A program made the translations under genes and the position numbers. A stretch of 62,900 nucleotides of DNA, filler included. It is 7 parts of 7 records of this genome, joined end to end, with 100 filler letters (N's around TTAATTAATTAA, not from the genome) between each part and the next. Parts side by side here need not be neighbours in the genome. Positions count along the whole stretch, not along the records: positions 20,929 to 30,734 come from SRR31147125_21211; positions 30,835 to 37,005 come from SRR31147125_21241; positions 37,106 to 43,205 come from SRR31147125_21242; 4 more parts are not named here. One strand, 5' to 3'. This document shows, in pieces, positions 30,544 to 41,403 of this stretch (positions are counted from its first letter, which is position 1; every line of letters begins with the position of its first letter). Under the pieces are notes generated by a model. It made no database searches, had not been told where the DNA came from, and saw nothing but the letters and a program-made list of their open reading frames with translations.

Positions 30544-30565
30544 GCCTAACATCAGCTTACAAGTT
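30544..30565 (-). mobile_element. Isolated GTTAGGC core site (half attC or attI-like)
   Basis: Minus strand AACTTGTAAGCTGATGTTAGGC upstream of 30450; no matching 5' arm found. Confidence 0.3.
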
Positions 30566-30734
30566 AGCTTCCTCTATTATGTTGTTACTATTCAATTATA
30601 TAGACCGAGTACTTTCACATATCCATTGGTAGTTCCCACACTTTTTTATTCTTTTCCATGGTCCAGCAATTTTGGTTGATTTTTATTCACACTTTTCCTG
30701 AAAATGAAGTAGTTTTTGAATTACACACAAAAAA

Positions 30735-30834
30735 NNNNNNNNNNNNNNNNNNNNNNNNNNNNNNNNNNNNNNNNNNNNTTAATTAATTAANNNNNNNNNN
30801 NNNNNNNNNNNNNNNNNNNNNNNNNNNNNNNNNN
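30735..30834. other. Artificial contig spacer
   Basis: N44-TTAATTAATTAA-N44. Confidence 0.99.
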
Positions 30835-31643
30835 TTTTTAAACTCTCGGTTACCTATCAGGGAGAAATGTTGAGCCGTTTAATCATAACCCTTTTACTAC
30901 TTTTTATTTGGAAAGAAAACACTTCGAATATTGTTTCTACCGGAATTCTTATTTCGCTTGTTGTTGGATTATTACCTTTAAAAAAATCGGGGTTTTCTTT
31001 TCGAAACCAAATTCGTTTGGAACCTTTGGAATTAAAAAGTATTTCGCGTTTTATTACCATTACTGCTTTTTACGAATTCACACAGATCATTATAAACAAC
31101 AGCGATATTCTTTTGGTTAAACATTATTTTGAGCCACAAGAGGCAGGGTTATATGCATCACTGGCACTTATTGGCCGGGTAGTATATTTTGTTGCCTGGA
31201 TGTTTGTAATGATTCTTTTACCAACCGTTGTTCAGATGCGAAAAAACGGCGAAAATACCACAAAAGTTTTCCTGAAATACTTAAGTTATGTTGGAATACT
31301 GGCAATTTCAATAGTACTGGGAACTGCACTTTATCCCGAATTTATTGTACAAATAATGTTTGGTACCGAATATGTATCAATAGCTCCACTGCTGTGGAAA
31401 TATGCACTGGCAACTTCAGTATTTGCCGTGTCGAATGTATTTGTTTATTATTTCCTTTCGCTCGATAAATATGTACCTGTAATTATATCCGGAATTTTTG
31501 GAATTGCACAAGTCGCATCAATAGTATTCTTTCACAATACACTGGAACAAGTTGTAAATGTGCAAATTATAATCATGATATCTTTACTTATTATCCAAGT
31601 TGCATTTTTCTTTTATCACACAAAAATTAAGATTCGTCGATAG
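30835..31643 (+). CDS. Wzx-like oligosaccharide flippase (5'-truncated)
   Basis: SDILLVKHYFEPQEAGLYASL, multiple TMs; frame open to contig edge. Confidence 0.85.
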
Positions 31644-31732
31644 TAAATTACCATTAAACGAAGAATAAAAAATCGTACCGTTTAAAACATGAAATTTGAA
31701 TCAGATTTAATAACAAATAAAAACTTTATATC

Positions 31733-32967
31733 ATGAAATTAGCAATTGTAACAGCATTCCCTCCAAGCAAAGTAACACTTAATGAATACGGATATCACCT
31801 GGTAAAACATTTTGCATTAAAAGAAAATGTTGAGGAAATAGTTTTGATTACTGACCATACTAAAGAATCGAAACAACTTGATTTTGAAACCAACGAATGT
31901 AAAATTACCGTTCGCGACAGCTGGAAATTTAACAGTTATAAAAATATTTTAAGTATTTATAAAACGATAGCTGCTGAAAAACCTGATGCCATTTTATTCA
32001 ACCTTCAGTTTATGAAATTTGGCGACAAAAAAATACCAGCCACTTTAGGTTTAATGTTACCTATGATTTTTAAACTGAAAGGTATCCCGACCATTGTTTT
32101 ACTTCATAATATTATGGAAACTGTAGATTTAAACAGCGCCGGATTTACATCGAATAAACTAATGCAAAAAATTTACAATGGCATTGGAACAATGATTACC
32201 CGTGTTATTTTACAAGCCGATTTGGTTGCAGTAACCATAAGCAAATATGTCGATGTTTTAAAAACAAAATACAAAACAGAAAATGTGGTTCAAATTCCGC
32301 ATGGCAGTTTTGAAACACCTCCACAACCAAAAATGACACTTCCAAAAGGCCTAAACAGGTTATGGCTTTTGGAAAATTCGGAACCTACAAAAAAGTGGAG
32401 AAAATGATTGAGGCAGTAGAAATAATCCGAAACCGTACCCAGGAAAACATTGAAATAGTAATTGCCGGTACCGACAGCCCAAATACTCCCGGGTATCTGG
32501 AACAAGTAGCTGCAAATTACAGCCATGTTAAAAACCTGAGATTTACCGGTTATGTTGAAGAAAATGACGTTCCGCGCATATTTACCGAAAGTGCAGTAGC
32601 TGTATTTCCATATACTTCAACTACCGGAAGTTCAGGAGTTTTACACCAGGCAGGAAGTTATGGAAAAGCAGTGGTTTTACCCGACCTGGGCGACCTTGGA
32701 ATTTTAATCAGAGAAGAAGGATACAGGGGTGAGTTTTTTGCTCCCGACGATGAAAACTCAATGGCCGATGCAATTCAAAAGATTTTAACTAACGATAAAT
32801 ACCGCATTGAACTGGGAAAACTAAATTATAAAGCAGCTTGTTCTTTGCCAATGGAAATTATTGCCGATAAATACCTGCAATATTTTGAATCAATTAGAGA
32901 GAAAAAATCAAAAAAATTAATGACTAATAAAGTCGAAAGCGGGCTTGGGATTACCCAAACGGTCTAA
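31733..32967 (+). CDS. Glycosyltransferase family 4 (ORFs 31733-32407 and 32362-32967, frameshift near 32350)
   Basis: IPHG, FGKFGTYK, FTGYV, FPYTSTTGSSGVLHQA; +1 C restores PKGPKQVMAFG. Confidence 0.88.
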
Positions 32968-34467
32968 AAACCCAAATTCTTTTTGGTGGTTCTTACGCCA
33001 TGGGAAACGCCCAACAACCGAAACCGGAATTTCGGTAAAATCATATAAAGTCCACGACATAAATGCAAGCTCATTTTTTTCAAATGCAGCTTGCATTTTT
33101 TTATGATATTCAGCCTGTTGTAATTCATTTTTTCCAAATGGATTCCAGATTCCTTTGTACGACGATAAACCAAACTCCTGCACAACAAAAGGTTTTCCAT
33201 CGGTTTCATTTTTCAAATCCTGAAAATGTTGTTCAAATTCATCTACATTTAAATAATAATGAAAAGAAACAACATCTACTGTCCCGGTTAAGTTTTTTGC
33301 TGCTTCTGCCGAAGACCAACCAATAGTTACCGGATGATTTGAATCTGTTTTCTGAATAATATTCGCCATTTCCGAAAGCCAGTAAAGTACATTTTCTTTC
33401 CCACGATTTTCAAAATCCAAATCGGGTTCATTTTTTATATCCCACAAAATAATAGCTTGATTATTTTTTAACCTCGAAACAATTTGTTTGGCATGCTGCT
33501 GTGTTAAACTCCAGTCTAAAACCGAATAATCACCATAAAAATCAAAGAGGGTAACTACTACTTTTAGTTGATTTTGATTGGCAAGGTTTAAAACGGTTTC
33601 AAGTTTCAATAACTTTTCCTCTATAACTTTTGCCTTCCCAAAATCTTCATATTGTATAAAAATGCGCACACTGTTTAATCCTGCCTTTTTTATAAGCTTA
33701 AAATCGTTATTTATTTCTTCTTCGTTAAACTCCTCACCAAACATATTCCAGGGGGTATTCTTCGGATAATAATTGATTCCCTTTATAAGAAAAGGTTTTC
33801 CATCAACCAAAATTTTTTGATTGTTTACCTGAACCAATGGTTCCTGATTTATAGTGCTTATTAATTTTTGGGAATTGTGTTTTACCAAATGCCTTATTCG
33901 CCAAAAACCATCTTCCAGTAACATCATTACCTGATACGCTGAAGTATCACGATTTATCAAAATCAACTCATTATTTCGAAATACTTTTTGAAATTCAACA
34001 ACCTGTTTATCAGTAAAAACCACAAGTTGTCCATCGGCACTATAAAACTCGAGTTTAGGCAGGTGATTCAAAGTTGTTGCTTCTATCGAAATTCCATTGG
34101 TTTTATTGAATTCGATGGTATTAAAAAGATTTATTCTTGAACTATCCGTATAAAAATCTTCAATTCCAGTAAAATTATTTGTTTGATAAGCTACATTACG
34201 CACATACCAGGCATTAAGGTAATCTTTCTGAATTTCCTGCAATGTGGTTAATTCCATAGGTCTCCCTGGATTTTCCAGACTCTCCCACTCCACATTTGGT
34301 AAATATATTTCTTCGCTTTTCACCTCGGAATGCAGCATAGAACTGCGATCGGCTCCGGTATTTAAAAATGCCAAAACAGAACTAATTCCAAAAAGAAGCA
34401 ATGCGTTAACAGCAATAAAACTCAGGATTAATAATGCTCTGTATATATTTTTATTGAGACTTTTCAT
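32917..34467 (-). CDS. Membrane-anchored clan GH-A (GH5/GH2-like) glycoside hydrolase
   Basis: N-terminal TM; KGINYYP, GLNSVRIF, WDIKNEPD (acid/base), SFHYY, VQEFG (nucleophile). Confidence 0.85.
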   Translation of the reverse strand: MKSLNKNIYRALLILSFIAVNALLLFGISSVLAFLNTGADRSSMLHSEVKSEEIYLPNVEWESLENPGRPMELTTLQEIQKDYLNAWYVRNVAYQTNNFTGIEDFYTDSSRINLFNTIEFNKTNGISIEATTLNHLPKLEFYSADGQLVVFTDKQVVEFQKVFRNNELILINRDTSAYQVMMLLEDGFWRIRHLVKHNSQKLISTINQEPLVQVNNQKILVDGKPFLIKGINYYPKNTPWNMFGEEFNEEEINNDFKLIKKAGLNSVRIFIQYEDFGKAKVIEEKLLKLETVLNLANQNQLKVVVTLFDFYGDYSVLDWSLTQQHAKQIVSRLKNNQAIILWDIKNEPDLDFENRGKENVLYWLSEMANIIQKTDSNHPVTIGWSSAEAAKNLTGTVDVVSFHYYLNVDEFEQHFQDLKNETDGKPFVVQEFGLSSYKGIWNPFGKNELQQAEYHKKMQAAFEKNELAFMSWTLYDFTEIPVSVVGRFPWRKNHQKEFGFLDRLGNPKPAFDFISH

Positions 34468-35692
34468 TTTAATTCAAATTGGTTAAAATCTTTACTCAAT
34501 CCCAAAGTTTCAATTCGGAAATTATATAATCCGTTTTTGTAGAATTCAGGTTCCAAATAAAAGATAACTTGTCCGTCTGATGTAAATTTTATTTTGGTTT
34601 CTGTTTCTTTCCCATCTTTTAAAATATACAGTGTTACTTTTATTCCATCCGGAATTTTTTGATTCATAAAACTTTGCAAAGGCCAACTGTAATTTGCCGG
34701 TTTTCGTTAAAAAAACCAACATTAAAATCGCTTAAAACCGAAGCAAATGAAATAGTTAATTCGTTACTTTCTGCCATTCCGGTAACAAATGCTTTAACCT
34801 TCCATTCATCCTGAAATTCGGGGTGAAGCATTTTTGCTTTTGCAATTCCGTTTACTGTCTCCCCAATGGTTTTTAATTTGTAATTTTTTGAATTTATAAC
34901 AAGAAAATCCACCAGTGTTCCATCACTCACTATATTCCCAAACTCATCTTTTATTACTGAACTGAAAAATTCAGTCTGCTGGTTCCCGTCGGCAAAGTTG
35001 TGATTTCGGAAATAATCGATTTCAAAATCTGTAGCATTTGAAGGATAAATTTCGGTCATTAATTCCTTCGAATAAGTAGTATTACATAAAGAGGTAACAT
35101 TTATAATCCCTGCTTTTCGTGTTGAATAAATATTCTGCCACGCAATTAAATAATCTGTTTTTTCTTCGGTTGTTTTTATTTCATTTAAAAACTGTTGACG
35201 AATAAAAACAGGAGTGTTTTCTGGAAGCGGATTATCAAATCCATCGGTTGGAACGGTTACCAGCATTGAATAATCATTATCTCCGGCCTGAATTTGTCGT
35301 GCAATTTCAAAATAGTTTTCAAGTACAGTTTCAGTATCATTGTTTGACAGAATTGTAATTGTTCCTCTCAAAATTATATCCTTGTTCAAAACTAAACTCC
35401 AATTCACATCTCCCGTCTTTTTTGAAAATGGCTTTGGCAATTTGAAATGTAATAATTCATTTTCCGAATTTGCATTCAACAAAGTACTTCCATACGAATT
35501 ATTGACATAAAGCATTGGCATAATCTTCGATTCGCAACTGAAAATTAACTCAATTTCGGTACCTGCATAAAACAATTTATTAGGATTTGTTTTTAATTCA
35601 GCCAATTCACTAATTTTTGTTTCTTCTGCATTCGAATACGAAAAAGTCGCAATGAACAGGAAAAATATAAATATGTAGTTTAGCTTTCTCAT
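34464..35692 (-). CDS. Secreted protein with Ig-like (Big_1/invasin-type) repeats (frameshift near 34681)
   Basis: Signal peptide; TDGFDNPLPENTPV, KDEFGNIVSDGTLV; +1 C restores VGPLQSFMNQKIPDG. Confidence 0.6.
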
Positions 35693-37005
35693 TAATTGGG
35701 TTTACCTATATAATTGTTCAATTCAATTTTTATGTAACTGTCGTTTACTTTTTGCAACTGTTCTCTGGAATGATTTTCAATTCTGTTCGGCACAATTTTT
35801 TTAGCAATTGATGCATTTGGCAAACCGTTTACATAACAATTTTCCAGGGAATTATTAATAATTCTGATTTTTGAAATATCAGCAACCTGATAATCAAAAT
35901 ATTGTTTACGCTGAATCCGAACTCCTTCTCTTAAAAATTGATAATCAACCCAACTTAACTCTTTTTCGGAATTATAATATGAAACGAGAATTTGAGGGAT
36001 TGTAACCTCGCTCGTACCATAATTAAATAATGTTCCATTAATTGTACTTTTATCAATATTCAAATCGGCAATTGCCACGCTTTTATAGAGGTCGGTTGTT
36101 GCAACATTACCGGCACATTGCAGATTAAAAATTACAGGTTCACCGGACAGTTCTGCAGGTGTAAATTCATCGGGATTAAAAGTTTTCGGAACCGATTCTC
36201 CTTCTTTTAACCAGGCAATCCCCTCAAAATCGACCCGAAAACTGGTTATTTCTTTAGGTAAAAGTTTGTGTTTCACAATGTATTTGGCATTATAATTCGC
36301 CAGTTCTTCATTTTTATTATTGTATAAAGTTGCTTTAATAACTACATCCGATGGAACATTATCTACATTTTGAATTTCGCCAACAATTGCGTATCGTTCA
36401 TCCAGTTTCACCAATTTTGCCGTTAATATTTCTAAAACGGGCTGTTTCAATACATCCTCATGATGTGTTTGTTGTGTAGTAATTCTTCTCCGTCCATGAT
36501 TATAAAACCGCGTTACATTTTCTGTAAAAAGCTGATCGGGCGGTATATCCAAATCAATATCTGATGGCAAAATATACCACTTCCCATTTTTTTGAATTAA
36601 TTCGTGAAAATAAGTTTTATCTATTTTTTCGACCGGAGTTATCCAACTGGTATTAACAATTGCTTTTGCTTTCAATTTTGATTCGTTATCAATATTAACA
36701 TCAATTGCATCGAGTTTTGCATATGAACTTAAAATTCCATCGGTAACCGAAACCTCAAGCATATACTGAGCAATTGTTTTATCGGAAGCCGGATCGAGAT
36801 AAGAGTGAGCCCTTTCAAACTCTTTAAAATCGAGTGCATCGTAATATGCAATTACAACATTTTCGGCTGTTAGCTGCTTCGTATTTTCAACATAAAAGAT
36901 ATAAACCCCATAAAAAATAACCAGCGTTAAAAACATTGCCCACAAATGATTTATATAAATTAAACGCCTTGAAAAATGATTGTACTCAATTCCAAACTTG
37001 AAAAA
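35692..37005 (-). CDS. Membrane protein with NTF2-like and FxLYD-like domains (5'-truncated)
   Basis: TM, AYYDALDFKEFERAHSYL, GEIQN...KATLYN, GTLFN...VSYYN; frame open to contig edge. Confidence 0.6.
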   Translation of the reverse strand, partial: FFKFGIEYNHFSRRLIYINHLWAMFLTLVIFYGVYIFYVENTKQLTAENVVIAYYDALDFKEFERAHSYLDPASDKTIAQYMLEVSVTDGILSSYAKLDAIDVNIDNESKLKAKAIVNTSWITPVEKIDKTYFHELIQKNGKWYILPSDIDLDIPPDQLFTENVTRFYNHGRRRITTQQTHHEDVLKQPVLEILTAKLVKLDERYAIVGEIQNVDNVPSDVVIKATLYNNKNEELANYNAKYIVKHKLLPKEITSFRVDFEGIAWLKEGESVPKTFNPDEFTPAELSGEPVIFNLQCAGNVATTDLYKSVAIADLNIDKSTINGTLFNYGTSEVTIPQILVSYYNSEKELSWVDYQFLREGVRIQRKQYFDYQVADISKIRIINNSLENCYVNGLPNASIAKKIVPNRIENHSREQLQKVNDSYIKIELNNYIGKPN

Positions 37006-37105
37006 NNNNNNNNNNNNNNNNNNNNNNNNNNNNNNNNNNNNNNNNNNNNTTAATTAATTAANNNNNNNNNNNNNNNNNNNNNNNNNNNNNNNNNNNNNNN
37101 NNNNN
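37006..37105. other. Artificial contig spacer
   Basis: N44-TTAATTAATTAA-N44. Confidence 0.99.
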
Positions 37106-38987
37106 AATTGAGGATTCAGGGATCACATCCTTAAAAGGCTTCGATGATTATGTTCCGAATTTTGACATTTTTCAGACCGGTGGGTCCATTTCTAACCAAA
37201 GTATGAGAGGTCAAAGTAATCTTATTACAAACTCTATGGCCATTGGCATTTATATAGATGATGTGCCTGCAACCTATTCATATTTAGGGGTTTTTACAGG
37301 ATTGGTCGATATTGAGCGCATTGAGATTTTAAGAGGCCCACAGGGGAATCTCTATGGGATGAATTCAGCCGGTGGAGTAGTAAATATCATTACAAAAAAA
37401 CCAGGTAACACTTTAACAGGCAAAACAACGGTTGGATATGGAAATTATAATGCATATTACTTGAACACCGCAGTAAGCGGCCCTGTAATTGAAGACCAAC
37501 TTTTTGTCGGAATTTCAGGGATGTTCAATGTCAGGGACAGCTACATTGAAGAAGAAGGTGGAAAGACACACGAGGAAAGAAAGGGGAGTGGCAGGTTCCA
37601 TTTGAGGTGGACTCCATCCGATAAGACCGACATATTGTTTACACAAAAATTTGATGACTATCAAAACGATTATGATTCGTGGGTCGTCCCAAGCTACGAT
37701 GATTATAAAATAAAGAACAGAGGGCTCACTGAAGAAGATGATGTCCTCGACACAAGTTCTTCTCTTCGTATCGAACACAACACTGACGCCTTAAAGATCA
37801 CCTCCATCACCGCATTTATTGACAATGAAAAATATACGATTGCCGGTAAAGACTACACTTCGGAGGGAGATAATTTAAAATATCGATCAATGGATCTTGA
37901 TAATCGAAAAATCCTCCAAGAAGTTCGACTCGCTTCCGTGGATGATGCGGAGAGTTCTTTTCGGTGGCTTTTGGGAGCTTTTTACCTCGATGGGGAAAAC
38001 AGCAGTTGTTTCAACATGCGCAAAGACACCGGTACGGCAGCCGCACCAACGGGAATTTACAAAGAGAATATTTTAGATAGTACGATTCAAAGCACTACAT
38101 TTTCCTTGTTTGGTAATGGCTGGTATACATTGTTTGATGATCTGACTGTTTCCGCAGGATTGCGTTATGACTATGACGAAAGGGAAAACGATTACTATCA
38201 TGACCAATATGGAACGATTGCGGGGGACTATAATGACTCCACCTCATGGAGCATTTTTTCCCCTCGATTCAATATGGATTACCGAGCAAGCGATTCGGTC
38301 ATGACATATCTGAGTGTGGCAAAAGGATATAAAGCAGGTAATTATTCCCAGTATGCCGGTGACACGGCAGAGACGGGGTTATATGACCCTGAAAATATAT
38401 GGTCGTATGAAATTGGTACAAAAACGAATTGGCTTAATAACAAACTTATTGCCAACATGAGTCTTTTTTATTCAACCGTTGAGGATATACAAGTATTTTA
38501 TATGGACTCTGAAACATATGCATGGAGCTTCGAAAATGCCGCTGAAGCTGAAATATGGGGCGCCGAACTCGAAGTAGTTGCTCGTCCGATGCCAGGATTA
38601 CAGGTTTCAGGATTTCTTGGATTACTTGAGTCCGAATTCACGGAACATCAGGAAAAAGAATATGAGGGCAATACGGTGCCGTATGCACCAAAATACAACG
38701 CAGGGCTGACTTTGCAGTATGCCTTTAACCGGGGGGTTTATGCAAGGTGTGAAGCCATATGGCATGGTAAAACATATTTTGATTCGGAGAATGAATACGG
38801 CCAAGACGATTATCTCATTATCAATTCAAAGATTGGATATGACATGGGGAATTTTAGCATCAATCTTTATGCCAAAAATTTGTTGGATGAGACGTATTAC
38901 ACATTTGCTAACTATTCTTCAGGCGTAGAAAAAGCGGTAACCGGCGCTCCCCTAACTTTCGGTATACAGACCACGTACAGATTCTAA
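37106..38987 (+). CDS. TonB-dependent receptor (5'-truncated)
   Basis: DIERIEILRGPQGNLYG, KGYKAG, YEIGTK, KNLLDETY, C-terminal YRF. Confidence 0.92.
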
Positions 38988-39020
38988 AATGGGCTTCCAA
39001 GGCTTATTGTTAAATCGATT

Positions 39021-39237
39021 TTAACTTTTAATATCACCAGGATCAACACACTTGCCGGTGTCTATCACTGTTTTAAATCCGGCCTGCAGCATGGCATCGG
39101 GAATGACGTCCCGATCCAGCGATAAATCGTCGGACCTAAGCCCGACCGACAGCCAGCTGATGAGCATATTTTCAGGCTTTGTGCTTTCGTGGGTGAGACC
39201 GTCATGTATGGACACAAAAATTCCTCCGGGGTTCAGA
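39021..39237 (-). pseudogene. C-terminal fragment of a SAM-dependent methyltransferase
   Basis: LNPGGIFVSIHDGLT...DAMLQAGFKTV; no upstream part in frame. Confidence 0.55.
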
Positions 39238-39387
39238 TACTCTCATTTCACACCGCCAATACTTATCCTAATTATTCAGAAAGCATAAATTTTACGAAAA
39301 ATACTCATCCCATAATGAAATCTTCTCAAAAACAGCTTGGCCCTAGACACAAACCGTCTATGAATCAAAATAGACGGGACTTGTGGG

Positions 39388-39422
39388 AAAAAAGAACCGC
39401 CTCGAAAGGCGGTTCCCGTTTT
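39388..39422 (-). terminator. Intrinsic terminator, possibly bidirectional
   Basis: GAACCGCCT-CGAA-AGGCGGTTC 9-bp stem with an A6 run on the left (U-tract on minus), just after the stop at 39424. Confidence 0.85.
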
Positions 39423-39423
39423 A

Positions 39424-40010
39424 TCAGTATGTTATCTTAACCATTCGTCTTTGAACGCGATACGCATCCAATAGCAAAACAAATGAAAAAATTTGTTGTA
39501 TCATAAGAAGATAATAGCCTTGCCGCATCATCAACAGAGCGGCACAGATATTCCCCTCAACCAACCAGAGATAACCTTGAGGATTCAGCTTGGCAAGTAA
39601 GTAAGTCCCCATAAGAAAAGCAACGGCGATACCCAACTCCAGAATTTGGTCAAAATTTCTCAAACCGCCGAAATCATACAAGCTCAGTCCAAGTCCGATA
39701 AAAATCAACAGCTTAGCAAGATTGTCCAACCAGATGTATATTGATAACTCAGTCTGATTTTGCCAAGTGGCACAGAGCCCGATCAACATCGCCGGAACCC
39801 CGCTGGACTCTACAGCGGCAGCAATCCAGTTTCGTTCGCAAATAAAAATGATGACCCAGGGAGGTAAACCAATAAGATAAGCTCCCCATGCCAGCCTTCG
39901 CCATTTTTGTTGATGTTGGCGGCAAAAAGAGCGTTCGGCTCGAGAGAAGAAAAATTTATTGAGAAGATAAAACGCACCTCCCCACAATTGAAGCAGAAAA
40001 TTAAGCATAT
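39424..40010 (-). CDS. Integral membrane protein, PnuC/PQ-loop-like
   Basis: About 6-7 TMs in two similar halves (AWGAYLIG / GYLWLVEGN); likely start ATG at 40010 after GAGGTG. Confidence 0.55.
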
Positions 40011-40341
40011 TCGCACCTCTAACGCTAGAGAATATTAGTCTATCCATCTGACGACCGCATGACGCATCTCACCACTTGAGGTAAGCGTAAATAACAGCCG
40101 ACCAGATTATAAATTTTTGTAATTTAAAATTTGAATTTGGATTAGACGAATGGAGGAGGGGGAGGAGAGGTGCAAAAATAACCACATAGCACAAAACCGG
40201 CAGCAGTGTAATTTTGAATGATTTTATCGCTATGGGAAAAATGACTCATGATTTATGCCGACATTCTATTGATTCTTAATTGATATTCACAATAAGTTTT
40301 ATATCAATACCCTATTAAATTTCGATTGTAAAGTTAATATT

Positions 40342-41223
40342 TTATAGCGGATACTTGCAGGCGATTTGCCAGAAGGAGTTCACCAAAGGGGATGAGAGTT
40401 TTCGTTTTTGAGCAGCGATACCGACGGGGTAGGTCGGAGCCTCAACGATTCCCTCCAATTTAACGACACGGTGTCGAATCGGGCTGTTTTCAAGTACCAG
40501 ACTTGGGACAACGCCAACCCCGCATCCCAGGGCAACCATCGATAATATGGCCTCATTCCCGGCGACCTGAGAGTAGATATTGGGCTGAAACTTGTTTTTT
40601 TCAAACCAGCTATCGATCCGTTTTCTGGCAATGCCCCCTTCTGAGAGAATCATGGGAATTCTAGACCAGTTGATCGTCTGTTGATTCACATCCTCCGACC
40701 ACTCCCAAGCAATACCTGGAGCGACAAAGTCGAGCCCTACCCGGGTCAACTCAATGGCGGCAATGTTTTTCGGCAATCGAACCGGAAGAGCGGAGACGGA
40801 GATATCGACATCTCCCTCCAATACCTTTTGTATTCCAATGCTTGCATCGCCGGTTTGTAAGCGGATTTGGACGGCGGGATAGAGGGTCTTATATTGTCCC
40901 AAAATATCCGGCAAAATGCTGATACTTGCCGTAACGGAACAGTATATTCGAATTTCCCCTTTAAGTTGACCCGAAGAGAGTTTATCCTGCAGCGTCTGCC
41001 ATGTATCCATTACACTTTTTGCGTATTCCTTGAAATGGCCCCCTGCCGGAGTGATTCGTACACTTCGGTTGTCCCGCTCAAACAGCTTGTGCCCCACATC
41101 CCTCTCCATTCGCTGTATCTGCCGACTCAGAGCTGAAGGGCTGATGTGGCATGCCCGGCTTGTTTTTCCAAAATGGAGGCTTTCGGAGAGATGAAGAAAT
41201 AATTTCAATGAATAGTGATCCAA
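40342..41223 (-). CDS. ilvY: LysR-family activator IlvY
   Basis: LKLFLHLSESLHFGKTSRACHISPSALSRQIQR, LFERDNRSV, YCSVTAS, LQTGD, YSQVAGNEAILSMVALGCGV; TTG start at 41223 after AAGGAG. Confidence 0.88.
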   Translation of the reverse strand: MDHYSLKLFLHLSESLHFGKTSRACHISPSALSRQIQRMERDVGHKLFERDNRSVRITPAGGHFKEYAKSVMDTWQTLQDKLSSGQLKGEIRIYCSVTASISILPDILGQYKTLYPAVQIRLQTGDASIGIQKVLEGDVDISVSALPVRLPKNIAAIELTRVGLDFVAPGIAWEWSEDVNQQTINWSRIPMILSEGGIARKRIDSWFEKNKFQPNIYSQVAGNEAILSMVALGCGVGVVPSLVLENSPIRHRVVKLEGIVEAPTYPVGIAAQKRKLSSPLVNSFWQIACKYPL

Positions 41224-41271
41224 AATATCTCCTTTTCCAACGGTGTCATCCCCACTCCCACGGCACTCTAC

Positions 41272-41319
41272 GGTGCATAACATGCATCATAGTATTGCAA
41301 TTATGTCGATTTACGCAAC
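41272..41319. promoter_or_regulatory. IlvY-type tandem operator (O1/O2) in the divergent promoter
   Basis: GGTGCATAACATGCATC-ATAGT-ATTGCAATTATGTCGATTTACGCAAC: LysR T-N11-A box followed by a TTG...GCAA second site. Confidence 0.65.
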
Positions 41320-41403
41320 ATAAAAAGTCGATTATCCTGATTCAAGTATGTAAGCGATGGGGGCTCAATGTCGGGTGCCCACCAAACATGAAGAAGGAGT
41401 TCA

